From a virus (Duplodnaviria; Heunggongvirae; Uroviricota; Caudoviricetes), in the IMG/VR virus record IMGVR_UViG_3300028486_000080, positions 80,199-144,198 of that record: 64,000 nt of DNA, one strand, 5' to 3'. Below the pieces are notes generated by a model. That model was not told the DNA's origin and searched no databases. It saw nothing but the letters and a program-made list of their open reading frames with translations. Made by a program: the position numbers and the translations under genes. Each line of letters starts with the position of its first letter. Position 1 is the first letter of the stretch. Positions 8,811 through 18,252 of the stretch are shown piece after piece.

Positions 8811-9383
8811 TCACGAGCCGAAAACCTCACGAGCCCAAAAAATTGACTGCACCATCGACATGCCGTGTCCCCGTGGGACAAATACTATGTTGGTTTTGTT
8901 GCTTTTTCTGAGGTTGTCTTCAGCGAGCATGGGTTGCAGGTTCCAGGGTACATGCAGTCCAGAGCGATCTTCACCCTTCAACGGTTCGATGTGATCTACG
9001 TGCCATTTCTGCCCGGTCGATAATTCTAGCTTACGTGCTAGCGCGAATACATCCTCGATAGCCCGCAGCATTTCGGGGTTGTCGAGCACCCATTTAGGTG
9101 TTGCATTGAGCAACATTGCTCGCGTTTTTGCTCCTTGAGCCCGCGTCTTGTGGCGATTGTTCTCAGCCCACTGCCGCGCGATCTCCCGCAGGCGATCATA
9201 GTTCTTATCACGGTATTTTGCATCATATGCCGCACGACGGTGGGGATGCTTCTTGCGGAATGCTATCGCATAGGCGGTATGACACACCTTGCACTTGGAC
9301 AGGCGTTTGTCTCGCGTATCGGGGCGATGGTGGAAGTCAGTGAGCGGCTTAATCTCGCCGCATGCTTTGCATTGCTTTGTCAT
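8811..9383 (-). CDS. HNH endonuclease
   Basis: N-terminal Cys4 zinc ribbon (CKACGE...CKVCH) and C-terminal HVDHIEPL...NLQPMLAEDNLRKSNK HNH motif. Confidence 0.75.
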   Translation of the reverse strand: MTKQCKACGEIKPLTDFHHRPDTRDKRLSKCKVCHTAYAIAFRKKHPHRRAAYDAKYRDKNYDRLREIARQWAENNRHKTRAQGAKTRAMLLNATPKWVLDNPEMLRAIEDVFALARKLELSTGQKWHVDHIEPLKGEDRSGLHVPWNLQPMLAEDNLRKSNKTNIVFVPRGHGMSMVQSIFWAREVFGS

Positions 9384-9429
9384 GGCGCAGGAGACTACAG
9401 ATATTAACCTTACTATGTCAAGCGCGTTA

Positions 9430-9600
9430 TCGTTAACTAGGCGTGAGTCGTAAGGCGAAAGGCGCTCGTCATTTTATGGGAGGATGCCCTATTTTCGTCG
9501 GGCGATACCTCCCCCTTCATTTTATTTGATGATGGGTCCACCCATTTTTCTGGGGGAAATGCCTCCCCCCTAGAGTCAATCTTAAGATGGGTCCGTTGCG
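9430..9600. repeat. iteron-like degenerate direct repeats in a 400-bp non-coding region
   Basis: four units of the form (C/T)ATTTT-N5-9-G-rich-CCCC(C) e.g. cattttatgggaggatgccc / tattttcgtcgggcgatacctccccc / cattttatttgatgatgggtccaccc / atttttctgggggaaatgcctcccccc. Confidence 0.4.
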
Positions 9601-9790
9601 TTTATTTCGCACGGTGCACTTATTGCGCTTTAACTCAATGAGGATGTGATGACTATGGGCAACAGTGGAGTGTGACACCTACATATTTATCTATGTGACA
9701 TGCGCGCAACGTCGGACTTAAATATGGTAGTTAAACTATAGGGTTCGCTTAACCTTAATTTATGAGTTCACGTGACACCTACCTAGAGTC

Positions 9791-10300
9791 ATGATTCGGT
9801 GGTTCCATAGATATAAGGAACATACGATGCCCCAGATCATGGCTAGAGTCACCCGGTTCGCCTCTGACTTCGGTAAGGGGCTGTGGAAGTTCACCCTTTC
9901 GCTGCCGCGTCAGGTGCTCGTCTTCATGGTCTACGCGGCTGTCGCCCTCCCGCTCGGCGGCGCCATCATGGATACGGTGCTCGTACCGATGCCCCTCTTG
10001 CATGAGGGTATCATCCCCCTAACGCTAGGCAACTTCTTTGTGTTCGCCTCGGTCGTGGTGCTCTTCATTGAGATCATGAAGTCTACGAACTACACTGATG
10101 CCGTCGTGCGCGACCACAACTATTCGATGTTGCTGCTATTGCTGTGTCTCGTGCTGCTCGCAGCCGTGCCCGCGTTCGGCACCATCACGTTCCTCGACTT
10201 CACCGTGCTTCTGCTCGCAGACGTGCTGCTCGGCTACAACGTCACGCAGGCTGTCGCCGGTCGCTCGCTTCAACTCGGCAACCTAACAGGTGGTAACTAA
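9791..10300 (+). CDS. polytopic membrane protein
   Basis: 169 aa with 4 predicted hydrophobic helices; ATGA overlap with the next membrane-protein gene. Confidence 0.5.
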   Translation: MIRWFHRYKEHTMPQIMARVTRFASDFGKGLWKFTLSLPRQVLVFMVYAAVALPLGGAIMDTVLVPMPLLHEGIIPLTLGNFFVFASVVVLFIEIMKSTNYTDAVVRDHNYSMLLLLLCLVLLAAVPAFGTITFLDFTVLLLADVLLGYNVTQAVAGRSLQLGNLTGGN

Positions 10301-10908
10301 TGGAAGCTATCAGCCCCGGCTTCATCGTCGGCTTCGGTATGGGATTTTGGGCTTGGGTAGTCCTCGCTATTTGGACGGTTTCCATAATCACGCTCGTGGC
10401 GTGGGAGCGCCCCGGTTCCGCTGCGCTGACAGTCGTCATCACCCTCGCTATCTTACAGTTTGTCGGCGGAAAAGACGTGTTGGGCTACATCCTCGACAAC
10501 CCCATGACCATCCTCAAGTGGGGCGCATACTACGTCGCGGTTGGCGTTGCTTACTCGTTTGTACGCTGGGATCAGGTTGGACGCGAGTGGCGTAAAAACT
10601 ACGAGTCAGCCGAGCCAGGAAGCGGCACTCAAAAATACTATTGGGACAACCAACCAGACGCGGCGCAGAGCAAGAGCCGTATTGTTTCGTGGACCATGTT
10701 TTGGCCATGGAGCATGTTCTGGTGGCTGCTCTCGGATGTCATCAAGAATGCTTTCGAATGGCTCTATTCAAAGCTGTCTGGCGTCTACACGGCTATAACT
10801 CGGCGCCACCTTGCGGGCGTGGTACCTCCTCCAACCCCCTTTCAAAAGGGTAATGCTGCGCAGAATTTGAATGCTAGAGAATCCTACTCGTCAAGCGACG
10901 GTGGCTAG
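10300..10908 (+). CDS. polytopic membrane protein (Trp-rich)
   Basis: 202 aa; 3-4 hydrophobic helices, WTMFWPWSMFWW aromatic belt. Confidence 0.5.
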   Translation: MEAISPGFIVGFGMGFWAWVVLAIWTVSIITLVAWERPGSAALTVVITLAILQFVGGKDVLGYILDNPMTILKWGAYYVAVGVAYSFVRWDQVGREWRKNYESAEPGSGTQKYYWDNQPDAAQSKSRIVSWTMFWPWSMFWWLLSDVIKNAFEWLYSKLSGVYTAITRRHLAGVVPPPTPFQKGNAAQNLNARESYSSSDGG

Positions 10909-11000
10909 TGATCAAGACGCGAGGTAGCCCGCGTTAACGGTATGTTAATCTTTTACATGTAGACCAAGGGAGAGTATGTAGCACGAGCCGGGGAGTTTTG

Positions 11001-11969
11001 ATGATTGTAAGCGCTGACACGATCCGTAACTTCCGTATGAAAGTTGATGTCGCCCTTGAGTCTCACCACTCATGGGTGAACATCTTTCTTATGACGTTGG
11101 TTATCGCCAACGTGTCCGCGTTCGCCCTCGCGACCGAGCCTGCTGTCCACGACCGCTACTTCACGGTGATCCTTTGGTTTGAGCTTGTCTCTCTCGCGAT
11201 CTTCTCCGTCGAGTATGTGGCGCGCATCTGGGCGCATCCTCAGCCTCGCTGGCGCTTTGCGCTGGAGCCGATGCAGATCATCGACTTCCTGTCTATCGTC
11301 CCGGCAGCTATCGCCCTCACGGTTGGGCATATCGATCTGGGCATCCTCTTCCTGCTACGCCTGATTCGTTTCATCAAGATCGTGCGCTATTCGCAGGGCG
11401 TCGGCTTGCTTTGGGCAGTGATCAAGCAGGAGCGTTCGGCGCTGTTCTCCTCTACGCTGATCATGTTCGGGCTTGCCGTTGTGACGGCGACGGTGATGTA
11501 TTTTCTTGAGCGCGACGCGCAGCCCGACAAGTTCGGATCGGTAGTGCAGGCGATGTGGTGGAGCTTCACCACGCTTGGTACTATTGGCTACGGCGATGTC
11601 GTGCCAGTGACGGTCGCAGGCAAGATCGCTACATGTGTGATGATGATAATCGGCGTCGGCACTTTTGCCATCCCCTTCGCGCTGATCGCGTCGGGCTTCA
11701 CAGCGCAGTTCTCTTTCACGCCCTCGCCGGTCACGGTACCTATCCCGGTTTCCGTCCCCGCAAACACGCTTGTCAACGTGCGCTATGCTGATCACGTTGC
11801 CGAGTTCGCACGACCAAACGGAGAGTCAGACGGCATCAACCTGATCCACCTCGAAGACCCGGTGATCGCGCGTGTGATCACTGATCTGTTGAACGGATCG
11901 GCAGCCGTGAATTTCAACGAGACCACGAAGACGTGGATCATAACGGAGGAACCGAATGCGATTGTTTAA
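11001..11969 (+). CDS. voltage-gated potassium channel homologue (6TM Kv-type)
   Basis: S4 voltage sensor LLRLIRFIKIVRY (basic residue every third position); pore helix plus selectivity filter WWSFTTLGTIGYGDVVP; S1-S6 hydrophobic segments; GGGAG RBS 5 nt upstream of ATG 11001. Confidence 0.85.
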   Translation: MIVSADTIRNFRMKVDVALESHHSWVNIFLMTLVIANVSAFALATEPAVHDRYFTVILWFELVSLAIFSVEYVARIWAHPQPRWRFALEPMQIIDFLSIVPAAIALTVGHIDLGILFLLRLIRFIKIVRYSQGVGLLWAVIKQERSALFSSTLIMFGLAVVTATVMYFLERDAQPDKFGSVVQAMWWSFTTLGTIGYGDVVPVTVAGKIATCVMMIIGVGTFAIPFALIASGFTAQFSFTPSPVTVPIPVSVPANTLVNVRYADHVAEFARPNGESDGINLIHLEDPVIARVITDLLNGSAAVNFNETTKTWIITEEPNAIV

Positions 11970-12219
11970 TGATGAAGTGCCTGAGGATATCCAGGCGAAG
12001 TATCTCTCGCTCGCAGAGACGGCGCTGGAGCGGATTAAGCACAACTTGCCAATCCCTAGCGACGAGCTTGACGTGTTGCGAGCTATCGTGCGTATATCGG
12101 ATAGTTCTCGTGGGGCTTCCCCCCTCATTGAGAACCTTCCACGGTGCCATACGAGCGGGCAGTTACTCTGTCCGTGTTGCGGTGAGCACCTAGGAACGGA
12201 AGCCCCGCCGCTGCAATAG
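11956..12219 (+). CDS. hypothetical small protein
   Basis: 87 aa ORF overlapping the channel gene end by 14 nt; C-terminal CPCCGEH cysteine cluster. Confidence 0.3.
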   Translation: MRLFNDEVPEDIQAKYLSLAETALERIKHNLPIPSDELDVLRAIVRISDSSRGASPLIENLPRCHTSGQLLCPCCGEHLGTEAPPLQ

Positions 12220-12282
12220 GTTTCAGCGCCCCAATTGCGCGCAGGCTTCCTCAGGCGCCCCTGATGCTTACCCCCCGAGGCA

Positions 12283-12849
12283 TCAGGGGCGCCGCTTCTT
12301 TACAGTGTAGACGGTCGCCACGCGAACCCGGCGATTAGGTGCCTGTTCTATCGGCACCCATTTCTCGATATGAGAACAGCAATAGTAGCCCCCGAGCACG
12401 ACCGCCCAATGTCCATCCGGCTCACGCTTGGTCCCGCATAGCTCAATCACATAGGCGACCCCAGCCTTTCGTTTGTAGGTCTTCAGCCACTTTGCCATTG
12501 TGAGGTGGTCTAGTAGCTCGCCATGGCACATGTAGAACAGGCGCATGGCGTAGCCGAGTTTGTGTAGAGCAAACTCCAGGTCTTCAGCCCGAGTACCGGT
12601 AACCACACTTTTCCGGTTCTTTCTATGGGCACGGATCAACTCACGAATAAGTTCCGTATCGGCACCAGTTATGGCGGACACGACCGCAGGTCCGCACCAT
12701 AGGAGGGTATTAAGGTTATGATTGATGGCGTAGGGCTTAACTGGATGCCCTTTAACCAACTCCGTCATTTCGATCTCAGCAAAGATCAACCCCGCAAGGC
12801 GGACCTTGGACGCAGCGCGATACTCAGCTAGGTATTGTGATCGCGCCAT
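12283..12849 (-). CDS. hypothetical protein
   Basis: 188 aa ORF; no recognised motif. Confidence 0.45.
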   Translation of the reverse strand: MARSQYLAEYRAASKVRLAGLIFAEIEMTELVKGHPVKPYAINHNLNTLLWCGPAVVSAITGADTELIRELIRAHRKNRKSVVTGTRAEDLEFALHKLGYAMRLFYMCHGELLDHLTMAKWLKTYKRKAGVAYVIELCGTKREPDGHWAVVLGGYYCCSHIEKWVPIEQAPNRRVRVATVYTVKKRRP

Positions 12850-12861
12850 TAACGTTAACCG

Positions 12862-12890
12862 TTGACAAGGGTGAAATGGTTTGCTAAGTT
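12862..12890 (+). promoter_or_regulatory. sigma70-type promoter TTGACA-N17-TAAGTT
   Basis: exact TTGACA, 17-bp spacer, TAAGTT; 38 bp upstream of ATG 12928. Confidence 0.5.
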
Positions 12891-12927
12891 AAGGATACAG
12901 CTTAACCTTAACAGAATAGTGACACAT

Positions 12928-13458
12928 ATGCAACCCCTCATCGAACCTACCAAGTTTACGATGGCTGATGGCTCACCAGTCGATCTCCCCGACAACGGTG
13001 CCTTTCACATGCTGGGTATCGACACCCTGACTGGAAAGGTGGACATGGTGCGCGACCTGCGGGAAGGGGCAGCTAATTCTTCGTGGCTGAAGGCTGCCGT
13101 ATCCTTGGTTCTTGAGGATCATGCGTCTCAATATTCTGAGACGCTGTTCGCGATGGCGGCACAAACAGAAGTCAACCGCAAGATCAACAAGCGCCCATTC
13201 ATTCTCAACAATGATCTGGCGATGCAGCTTATCTCTCGCTGCGCCTCACGTCTGGAGCAAGCGTATGTCCGCATGTACGGCTGGGATGGCTGTGGACGCT
13301 TTGAGGTGCTGCTACCCTATACGGTATCTGCTGTCTTCAAGAATGCATCAGGCGAAGAAGAACTCGACCTGTCTAAGTGTCGCCCCTACGTCAACGGAAC
13401 ATTTTACGTAGCACTAGGAGCGATGGGATGGGATGCGGTTGCAATTCCAGGGGCGTAA
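12928..13458 (+). CDS. hypothetical protein (start revised to ATG 12928)
   Basis: ORF track starts at TTG 12862, which is actually the -35 of a TTGACA-N17-TAAGTT promoter; first ATG at 12928 preceded by the gtgacacat motif. Confidence 0.45.
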   Translation: MQPLIEPTKFTMADGSPVDLPDNGAFHMLGIDTLTGKVDMVRDLREGAANSSWLKAAVSLVLEDHASQYSETLFAMAAQTEVNRKINKRPFILNNDLAMQLISRCASRLEQAYVRMYGWDGCGRFEVLLPYTVSAVFKNASGEEELDLSKCRPYVNGTFYVALGAMGWDAVAIPGA

Positions 13459-13476
13459 GGCGAAAGGCGCCCGTCA

Positions 13477-14067
13477 ATGATCGTGCTGGCAATCGACACC
13501 GACTCCAGAGGCGCTATGGCGATGCTCGACACGAGGCGCCTGATGCTCGACGTGTTCGCGACACCGACCGAGAAGATCAAGATGGCGAGCGGGAAGTCGC
13601 AGCTACAGATGAACTTGCCTGTCCTAGCTGCGATTTTGCACGATCTGACCTCGCATGCCGATGTGGCATGGCTGGAAAAGCAATGGGCTCGCCCAAACCA
13701 GGGCGTAACCAGCACCTTCGGATTCGGCAAGACCTACGGGGAATATCGGGGGATAGTGACGTTCGGGTTTCTCGAAAAAGAGTGCAGTCCGCTACCGCAA
13801 CTTCAAGAGCGCGTACACCTAGTTTCGGGCGCTGAGTGGAAGGGCAAGATGCGCCTGACGAAAGATAAGAAAGAAGCACGAGCGCTGGCGACGCAACTGT
13901 TTCCTGAGTGCGCTAGCGCGTGGAAGAGTAAGGATTCCAGCGCCGAAGCAAGCCTTTTGGCATTCTACGGGGCATCTATGCTTGGTGAAAAAATCCCTTT
14001 CGGAGCTAAGATCAAGCCGAGCATTGTTCGTTACACCGCGCACGCAGAAAGTCTTATTAAGCGTTGA
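13477..14067 (+). CDS. possible RuvC-like Holliday junction resolvase
   Basis: N-terminal MIVLAIDTDSRGAMAML resembles the RuvC catalytic-Asp motif; C-terminal AEASLLAFYG resembles the RuvC DAADALA region; weak. Confidence 0.35.
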   Translation: MIVLAIDTDSRGAMAMLDTRRLMLDVFATPTEKIKMASGKSQLQMNLPVLAAILHDLTSHADVAWLEKQWARPNQGVTSTFGFGKTYGEYRGIVTFGFLEKECSPLPQLQERVHLVSGAEWKGKMRLTKDKKEARALATQLFPECASAWKSKDSSAEASLLAFYGASMLGEKIPFGAKIKPSIVRYTAHAESLIKR

Positions 14068-14120
14068 CATCAGTCTACAGTAAGCTTATATATTTACCTT
14101 ACCGGTAAAGGAGAAATGAC

Positions 14121-14240
14121 ATGTCGAAATGGTTCGATGGCATCAAGGCGTGGCTCAAGCCAAAGACTGATGCGATTGGTATCCCCTGGTGGGTACCGTT
14201 GGTGGTTGTGGCAGTTCTTGTCCTAGCCGTCCTCTTCTGA
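14121..14240 (+). CDS. small membrane peptide (39 aa)
   Basis: ATG with AAGGAGA RBS; single hydrophobic helix; followed by GC hairpin 14249..14271. Confidence 0.3.
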   Translation: MSKWFDGIKAWLKPKTDAIGIPWWVPLVVVAVLVLAVLF

Positions 14241-14295
14241 AGTAAGGAGAGCCCCGGACCTTTCGGGGCTCTTCACTCCGCTGGGAGCCGACTAA

Positions 14296-14463
14296 ATGAT
14301 TGCCCTGTATGTATATTTGACAGCCGCCATCTACATATTTCTCGTGGGTCCAACTGTTTTGCCACAGAATAGCGCGCTGGTGCACCTGTTCTGGGCACTC
14401 CTATATCCAGTCCTGGTTCCTACTGCTCTTATTTATGCTCTTTACATCAAGATCACCCAATGA
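14296..14463 (+). CDS. small membrane peptide (55 aa)
   Basis: two hydrophobic segments; not in ORF track (<60 aa). Confidence 0.3.
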   Translation: MIALYVYLTAAIYIFLVGPTVLPQNSALVHLFWALLYPVLVPTALIYALYIKITQ

Positions 14464-14651
14464 AAAACGATTTTCACCTCCTAGTTGAGCGATTGAGAGC
14501 ACACAATCGCCACAAACGCTGGAAGAATTATCTGAAGAATACCAGTGGGTTACTGGGAATTGCCTCCTACAATGTGCGGCAATCTCGCGCCAATTCTGTG
14601 ACCTGGATTCGCTTCTTGACAGTGGTCAATGGTTAACCTATATTAAGGTTA

Positions 14652-16328
14652 ATGACCATGATGTCCTCGGCACGGCGCAACCTTAAGCGCTTCAAACCTC
14701 AATCGGAAGTCCAGTGGCTAGACCACTCTGACCGTGCGCGCCACCGCACGACCATTCGATTGCTCACCGATATGGCGATGGCGCTCGAATCGGGAACGCC
14801 TCTTACGCCTGCGCAAGAGGCGCTGGTCTATTCCGTCACTCAGTCTGATGTCATCGACACGCGCATCAACGCAGCGTGGAACATGCTTGATCAGACCACC
14901 CTCGACTTCACGCGCAAGCTTGCCGAAATGGCACCGTATGACCTGACGGCATTCCATGAAGTCATGAATCCCGACCAAGCTCCCGCCATGCATCAGATCA
15001 TGGTGTGCGAAGAGCTTATGAAGGTCGCGCGCGGCGAGACCAACACGCTGCTGCTTGCCATGCCACGCGGTGCTGCCAAGACAACGCTCGCCTCTAAGTC
15101 GTTCGCTCAGTGGTGGATGGGACTCAACCCTGACAAGCGCGTTCTGGCAGTTGGTCACGGTCAGAAGTGGATCGATAACGAAATCTCCAAGCCCAACCGT
15201 ACCGCCCTAGAGTCAGACAACTATCGTCTCGTCTTCCCCGACGTAGAGTTGAACACAAACGAGCGCGCTGGCGACTTCTGGCGCCTGCAAGACTGGAAAG
15301 GCTCCTACACATCGCGCGGCGCACTCGCAGGTATTCTCGGTGTGCGTTCGAACCTCGTCCTAGCCGACGACTTGTTCAAGTCTCCTGCCGACGCGTTGTC
15401 GGAGATCGTGCGCGAGAACATCTGGAATTGGTTCACCGCCGCCGTCATGCCGACGCGCCTCCCGTATGCTCCTATCGTGATGGTCAACACGCTCTGGCAC
15501 TCAGAAGACGTGATGAGCCGCATGATCAAGATGGCGGAAGAGAACCCTGATTCGATCCCGCAGCCATGCAAGATCATCAATATCCCGTGCCAGTGTCACG
15601 ATGAAGAAACTGATCCGCTCGGACGCAAGCTCGGTGAGTGGATTTGGCCCGAGTTCTACCCGCCATCGCATTGGGAGAACTTGCGCAACACAATGCCACC
15701 GACGTTGTGGTCCTCACAGTTCCAAGGCATCGCTCTCGACAAGCAGGGTGACTTCGTTGCTGAGGAAGACTTCAAGCGCTATGAGACGCTGCCGGTGAAT
15801 CGTGAAGGTCACCCTATCCAGTGGACCAAGACGGTTATGTCGGTCGATACACCGCTCAAGGGTGCCGACCGCTCGGACTACACTGCAATCTTGATCTTCC
15901 GCCGTCACGTTGACGGTACCCACTACCTCGTTGACGCGTGGCGCGGTAAGAAAAAGATGGATGAGATCATACGCGTCATGTCGCGGCTCATGACGACATG
16001 GGAGTGCGGATATGCCCTGGTAGAAGACTCAGCCATGGGCGCCCAAATTCTCCAGAACTACGGCAACAAGATGCCGTGCCCCATGGTGGCAATCCCCAAC
16101 TCACCGATGAGCACCAAAGAGTTCCGCTTCGATGCCGCTTCCACATGGATCACGAGCGGGAAGGTTCTCTTCCCGCAACAGGCACCATGGCTCACTGATC
16201 TGATCAACGAGTTTATCTCGTTCCCGAACGGGTCAAACGACGACCAAGTGGACGCGTTCTCTCAGTATTGTCAGATGGAACTCAAACGTTTCAAGGGCGG
16301 CACGAAAGCCCTCAAGATGCGGATGTGA
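14652..16328 (+). CDS. terL: terminase large subunit
   Basis: Walker A LLLAMPRGAAKTT, ATPase domain followed by nuclease-like C-terminal domain with acidic residues; 558 aa; typical size and order. Confidence 0.85.
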   Translation: MTMMSSARRNLKRFKPQSEVQWLDHSDRARHRTTIRLLTDMAMALESGTPLTPAQEALVYSVTQSDVIDTRINAAWNMLDQTTLDFTRKLAEMAPYDLTAFHEVMNPDQAPAMHQIMVCEELMKVARGETNTLLLAMPRGAAKTTLASKSFAQWWMGLNPDKRVLAVGHGQKWIDNEISKPNRTALESDNYRLVFPDVELNTNERAGDFWRLQDWKGSYTSRGALAGILGVRSNLVLADDLFKSPADALSEIVRENIWNWFTAAVMPTRLPYAPIVMVNTLWHSEDVMSRMIKMAEENPDSIPQPCKIINIPCQCHDEETDPLGRKLGEWIWPEFYPPSHWENLRNTMPPTLWSSQFQGIALDKQGDFVAEEDFKRYETLPVNREGHPIQWTKTVMSVDTPLKGADRSDYTAILIFRRHVDGTHYLVDAWRGKKKMDEIIRVMSRLMTTWECGYALVEDSAMGAQILQNYGNKMPCPMVAIPNSPMSTKEFRFDAASTWITSGKVLFPQQAPWLTDLINEFISFPNGSNDDQVDAFSQYCQMELKRFKGGTKALKMRM

Positions 16329-16668
16329 CCTTGGTCCCGTCCGTGATCAACTGATAGAACGGTATGCCTTCGCAGACGTTGAATACTGACTGGCAGTGCC
16401 CGCACTTTATGTTCACGTTCATGCCACCGCGCGGACCTTCCAGAAGCTCGCCCTTCGTGTCGCAGATAGGGCACGTGTTATTCTGCATGATCATCGACCA
16501 GCACCGCGTCTCTTCATCGACTTGAGCCTGACGCTCTGGTGGATGAGCGATCACTTTCGGCGCACCGTCCACCCACACGCCATCAATATTGATAGCCTCA
16601 GGACCAGGAGCGGCGATCTCATTCGCCATATTTTTGACACGACGGAATAGTTTATCCAACCACTTCAC
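16312..16668 (-). CDS. zinc-ribbon protein
   Basis: CPICD...CGHC Cys4 arrangement; 118 aa. Confidence 0.4.
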   Translation of the reverse strand: MKWLDKLFRRVKNMANEIAAPGPEAINIDGVWVDGAPKVIAHPPERQAQVDEETRCWSMIMQNNTCPICDTKGELLEGPRGGMNVNIKCGHCQSVFNVCEGIPFYQLITDGTKVTSAS

Positions 16669-16745
16669 GGACCTAACCTCTCACAGCTTTTCCTCCGACC
16701 ACCTTAACATGTCGGAAGAAGGTGTCGCTATTTGATACGGAAATT

Positions 16746-16761
16746 AACGCTAATTAGCGTT
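16746..16761. promoter_or_regulatory. perfect 16-bp palindrome AACGCTAATTAGCGTT (operator candidate)
   Basis: in the divergent intergenic region between 16668 and 16859. Confidence 0.45.
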
Positions 16762-16858
16762 TGCCGAGTTACCGGGTTGACTGAAACAACCACAGGTCTA
16801 GGATCAAATCAGAGGAGTGGAGTAACCTTTACGGTTTATTTCAGAAACCGGAGACTGT

Positions 16859-17224
16859 GTGATGGATACGAATGAAGTTGTGAAGATGCACCGTGCCGCG
16901 CTTTGCGCAGCACCCACTGTGAGCGTAAGTGCCAAGGTATGGGCGCGCATCGTTCTCTTGGCATCAGGCATCTTCGCTGTTCTTGTTGCCATGGGTGACT
17001 TGATCGTGAAGCACTACTGGTTCGGCGTTATCACCGCCCATTTGACGGTGATGCTGTCAACCGATGCGCTCGCGCATGTCTACCACTTGCCGCATTTGGC
17101 TACGGCAACCAAGGTCGCGATCTTCTGCGACTTCGGATTGCTCTTCTTCGAGTGCTTCGAGCTTTACAAGCATGAGAAGGCGCTACGTGAGGCTAAGGAG
17201 AGCGGAACAGAGGTTACCCACTAG
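16859..17224 (+). CDS. membrane protein
   Basis: 121 aa with 3 hydrophobic helices. Confidence 0.45.
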   Translation: MMDTNEVVKMHRAALCAAPTVSVSAKVWARIVLLASGIFAVLVAMGDLIVKHYWFGVITAHLTVMLSTDALAHVYHLPHLATATKVAIFCDFGLLFFECFELYKHEKALREAKESGTEVTH

Positions 17225-17233
17225 TCCTTAATA

Positions 17234-17264
17234 CCCAAGCGGCGGCGCTCTTCACGCCGCTTGG
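17234..17264. terminator. hairpin between convergent genes
   Basis: CCAAGCGGCG...CGCCGCTTGG 10-bp stem between 16859..17224 (+) and 17221..17439 (-). Confidence 0.35.
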
Positions 17265-17611
17265 CGCTTTCTCTGCGTTGGAGAAAGAAAACAAGTGCGA
17301 CTGACGCCAGTACTGCGAACGTCAAATACATTTCAGTCATCCTTTCCTCCAAAGGATACGCGCAGTTTTGATGGGATGCGCGAAGGCATATAGGTACCCT
17401 TGCCAGAACGGCTTGCCCTGATTCATGACCGAATAGCACAGCAAGAACAGTGCCGCTCCTAGCAACAGTATTCCGGCGATGTGCAGGGCGATGGTCATAG
17501 GGCGGTTACCACGTTCTGATATTGGTGTTGCAGGGATAGCTAATATCACCATAGAAGTCTTCAAGAAGTCAACGCAAATCGATCTGATTTTAACCTTTAC
17601 GGAAGGGACAC

Positions 17612-18079
17612 ATGGACATCATCTGCGATATCGACGGCACCATCGCTGACAACACGCACCGACTGTTTCTCGTGCTCAACGATCCTAAGGATTGGGAGCA
17701 ATACCATCGCCGCTGTTCCGAAGATGTGCCTATGGTTCCGATGCTCGATCTCGTGCGCTCTCTGCACCACGCCGGGCACCGCATCGTCTTCTCAACGGGG
17801 CGCCCTGAGCTTACGGATGAGGGCGCCGACGTGCGCACACAGACGGAAATCTGGCTCAAGATGAACCTGTATGCTCACCTCGATTACACGGACGTTCTAT
17901 TCATGCGCCCTCAGCATGATCGTCGTCCCGATTTCCAGGTGAAGGTGGATAACCTCGCCAAGATCAAAGGAGCGGGGTACAATCCGACCATGATCCTCGA
18001 TGACCGTGAACGTTGCCTTGATATGTATAAGGATCAGGGCATCTTCTGTCTTCGAGTAGGGGACAAAGGAGCTTACTAA
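17612..18079 (+). CDS. HAD-superfamily phosphatase (Pnk-phosphatase / 5'-nucleotidase-like)
   Basis: N-terminal DxDGT motif ICDIDGTIADNTH; second motif FSTGRPE; terminal D-rich motif ILDDRE. Confidence 0.6.
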   Translation: MDIICDIDGTIADNTHRLFLVLNDPKDWEQYHRRCSEDVPMVPMLDLVRSLHHAGHRIVFSTGRPELTDEGADVRTQTEIWLKMNLYAHLDYTDVLFMRPQHDRRPDFQVKVDNLAKIKGAGYNPTMILDDRERCLDMYKDQGIFCLRVGDKGAY

Positions 18080-18252
18080 TGGCTATCGCTGCAATCTGGT
18101 ATATGTTCATCCTGTCCACCTTCAGCGGACAAGTTTATGGAACAGGCATAACGACGGTTGAGTTCAACGACCAGAATGCTTGTCTAGTGGCGGCGAAGGT
18201 TCTCAAGGAACAGCAGCGACGCGATATCACTGCTTGGTGCGTGCCTCGCTAA
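18079..18252 (+). CDS. small hydrophobic protein (57 aa)
   Basis: TAATG overlap with the HAD gene; N-terminal hydrophobic segment. Confidence 0.3.
   Translation: MAIAAIWYMFILSTFSGQVYGTGITTVEFNDQNACLVAAKVLKEQQRRDITAWCVPR

Noticed and set aside
12862-12927. TTG start at 12862 for ORF 12862..13458
   Set aside because: The TTG is the first base pair of a perfect TTGACA -35 hexamer with 17-bp spacer and TAAGTT -10; the ATG at 12928 is the likelier start.
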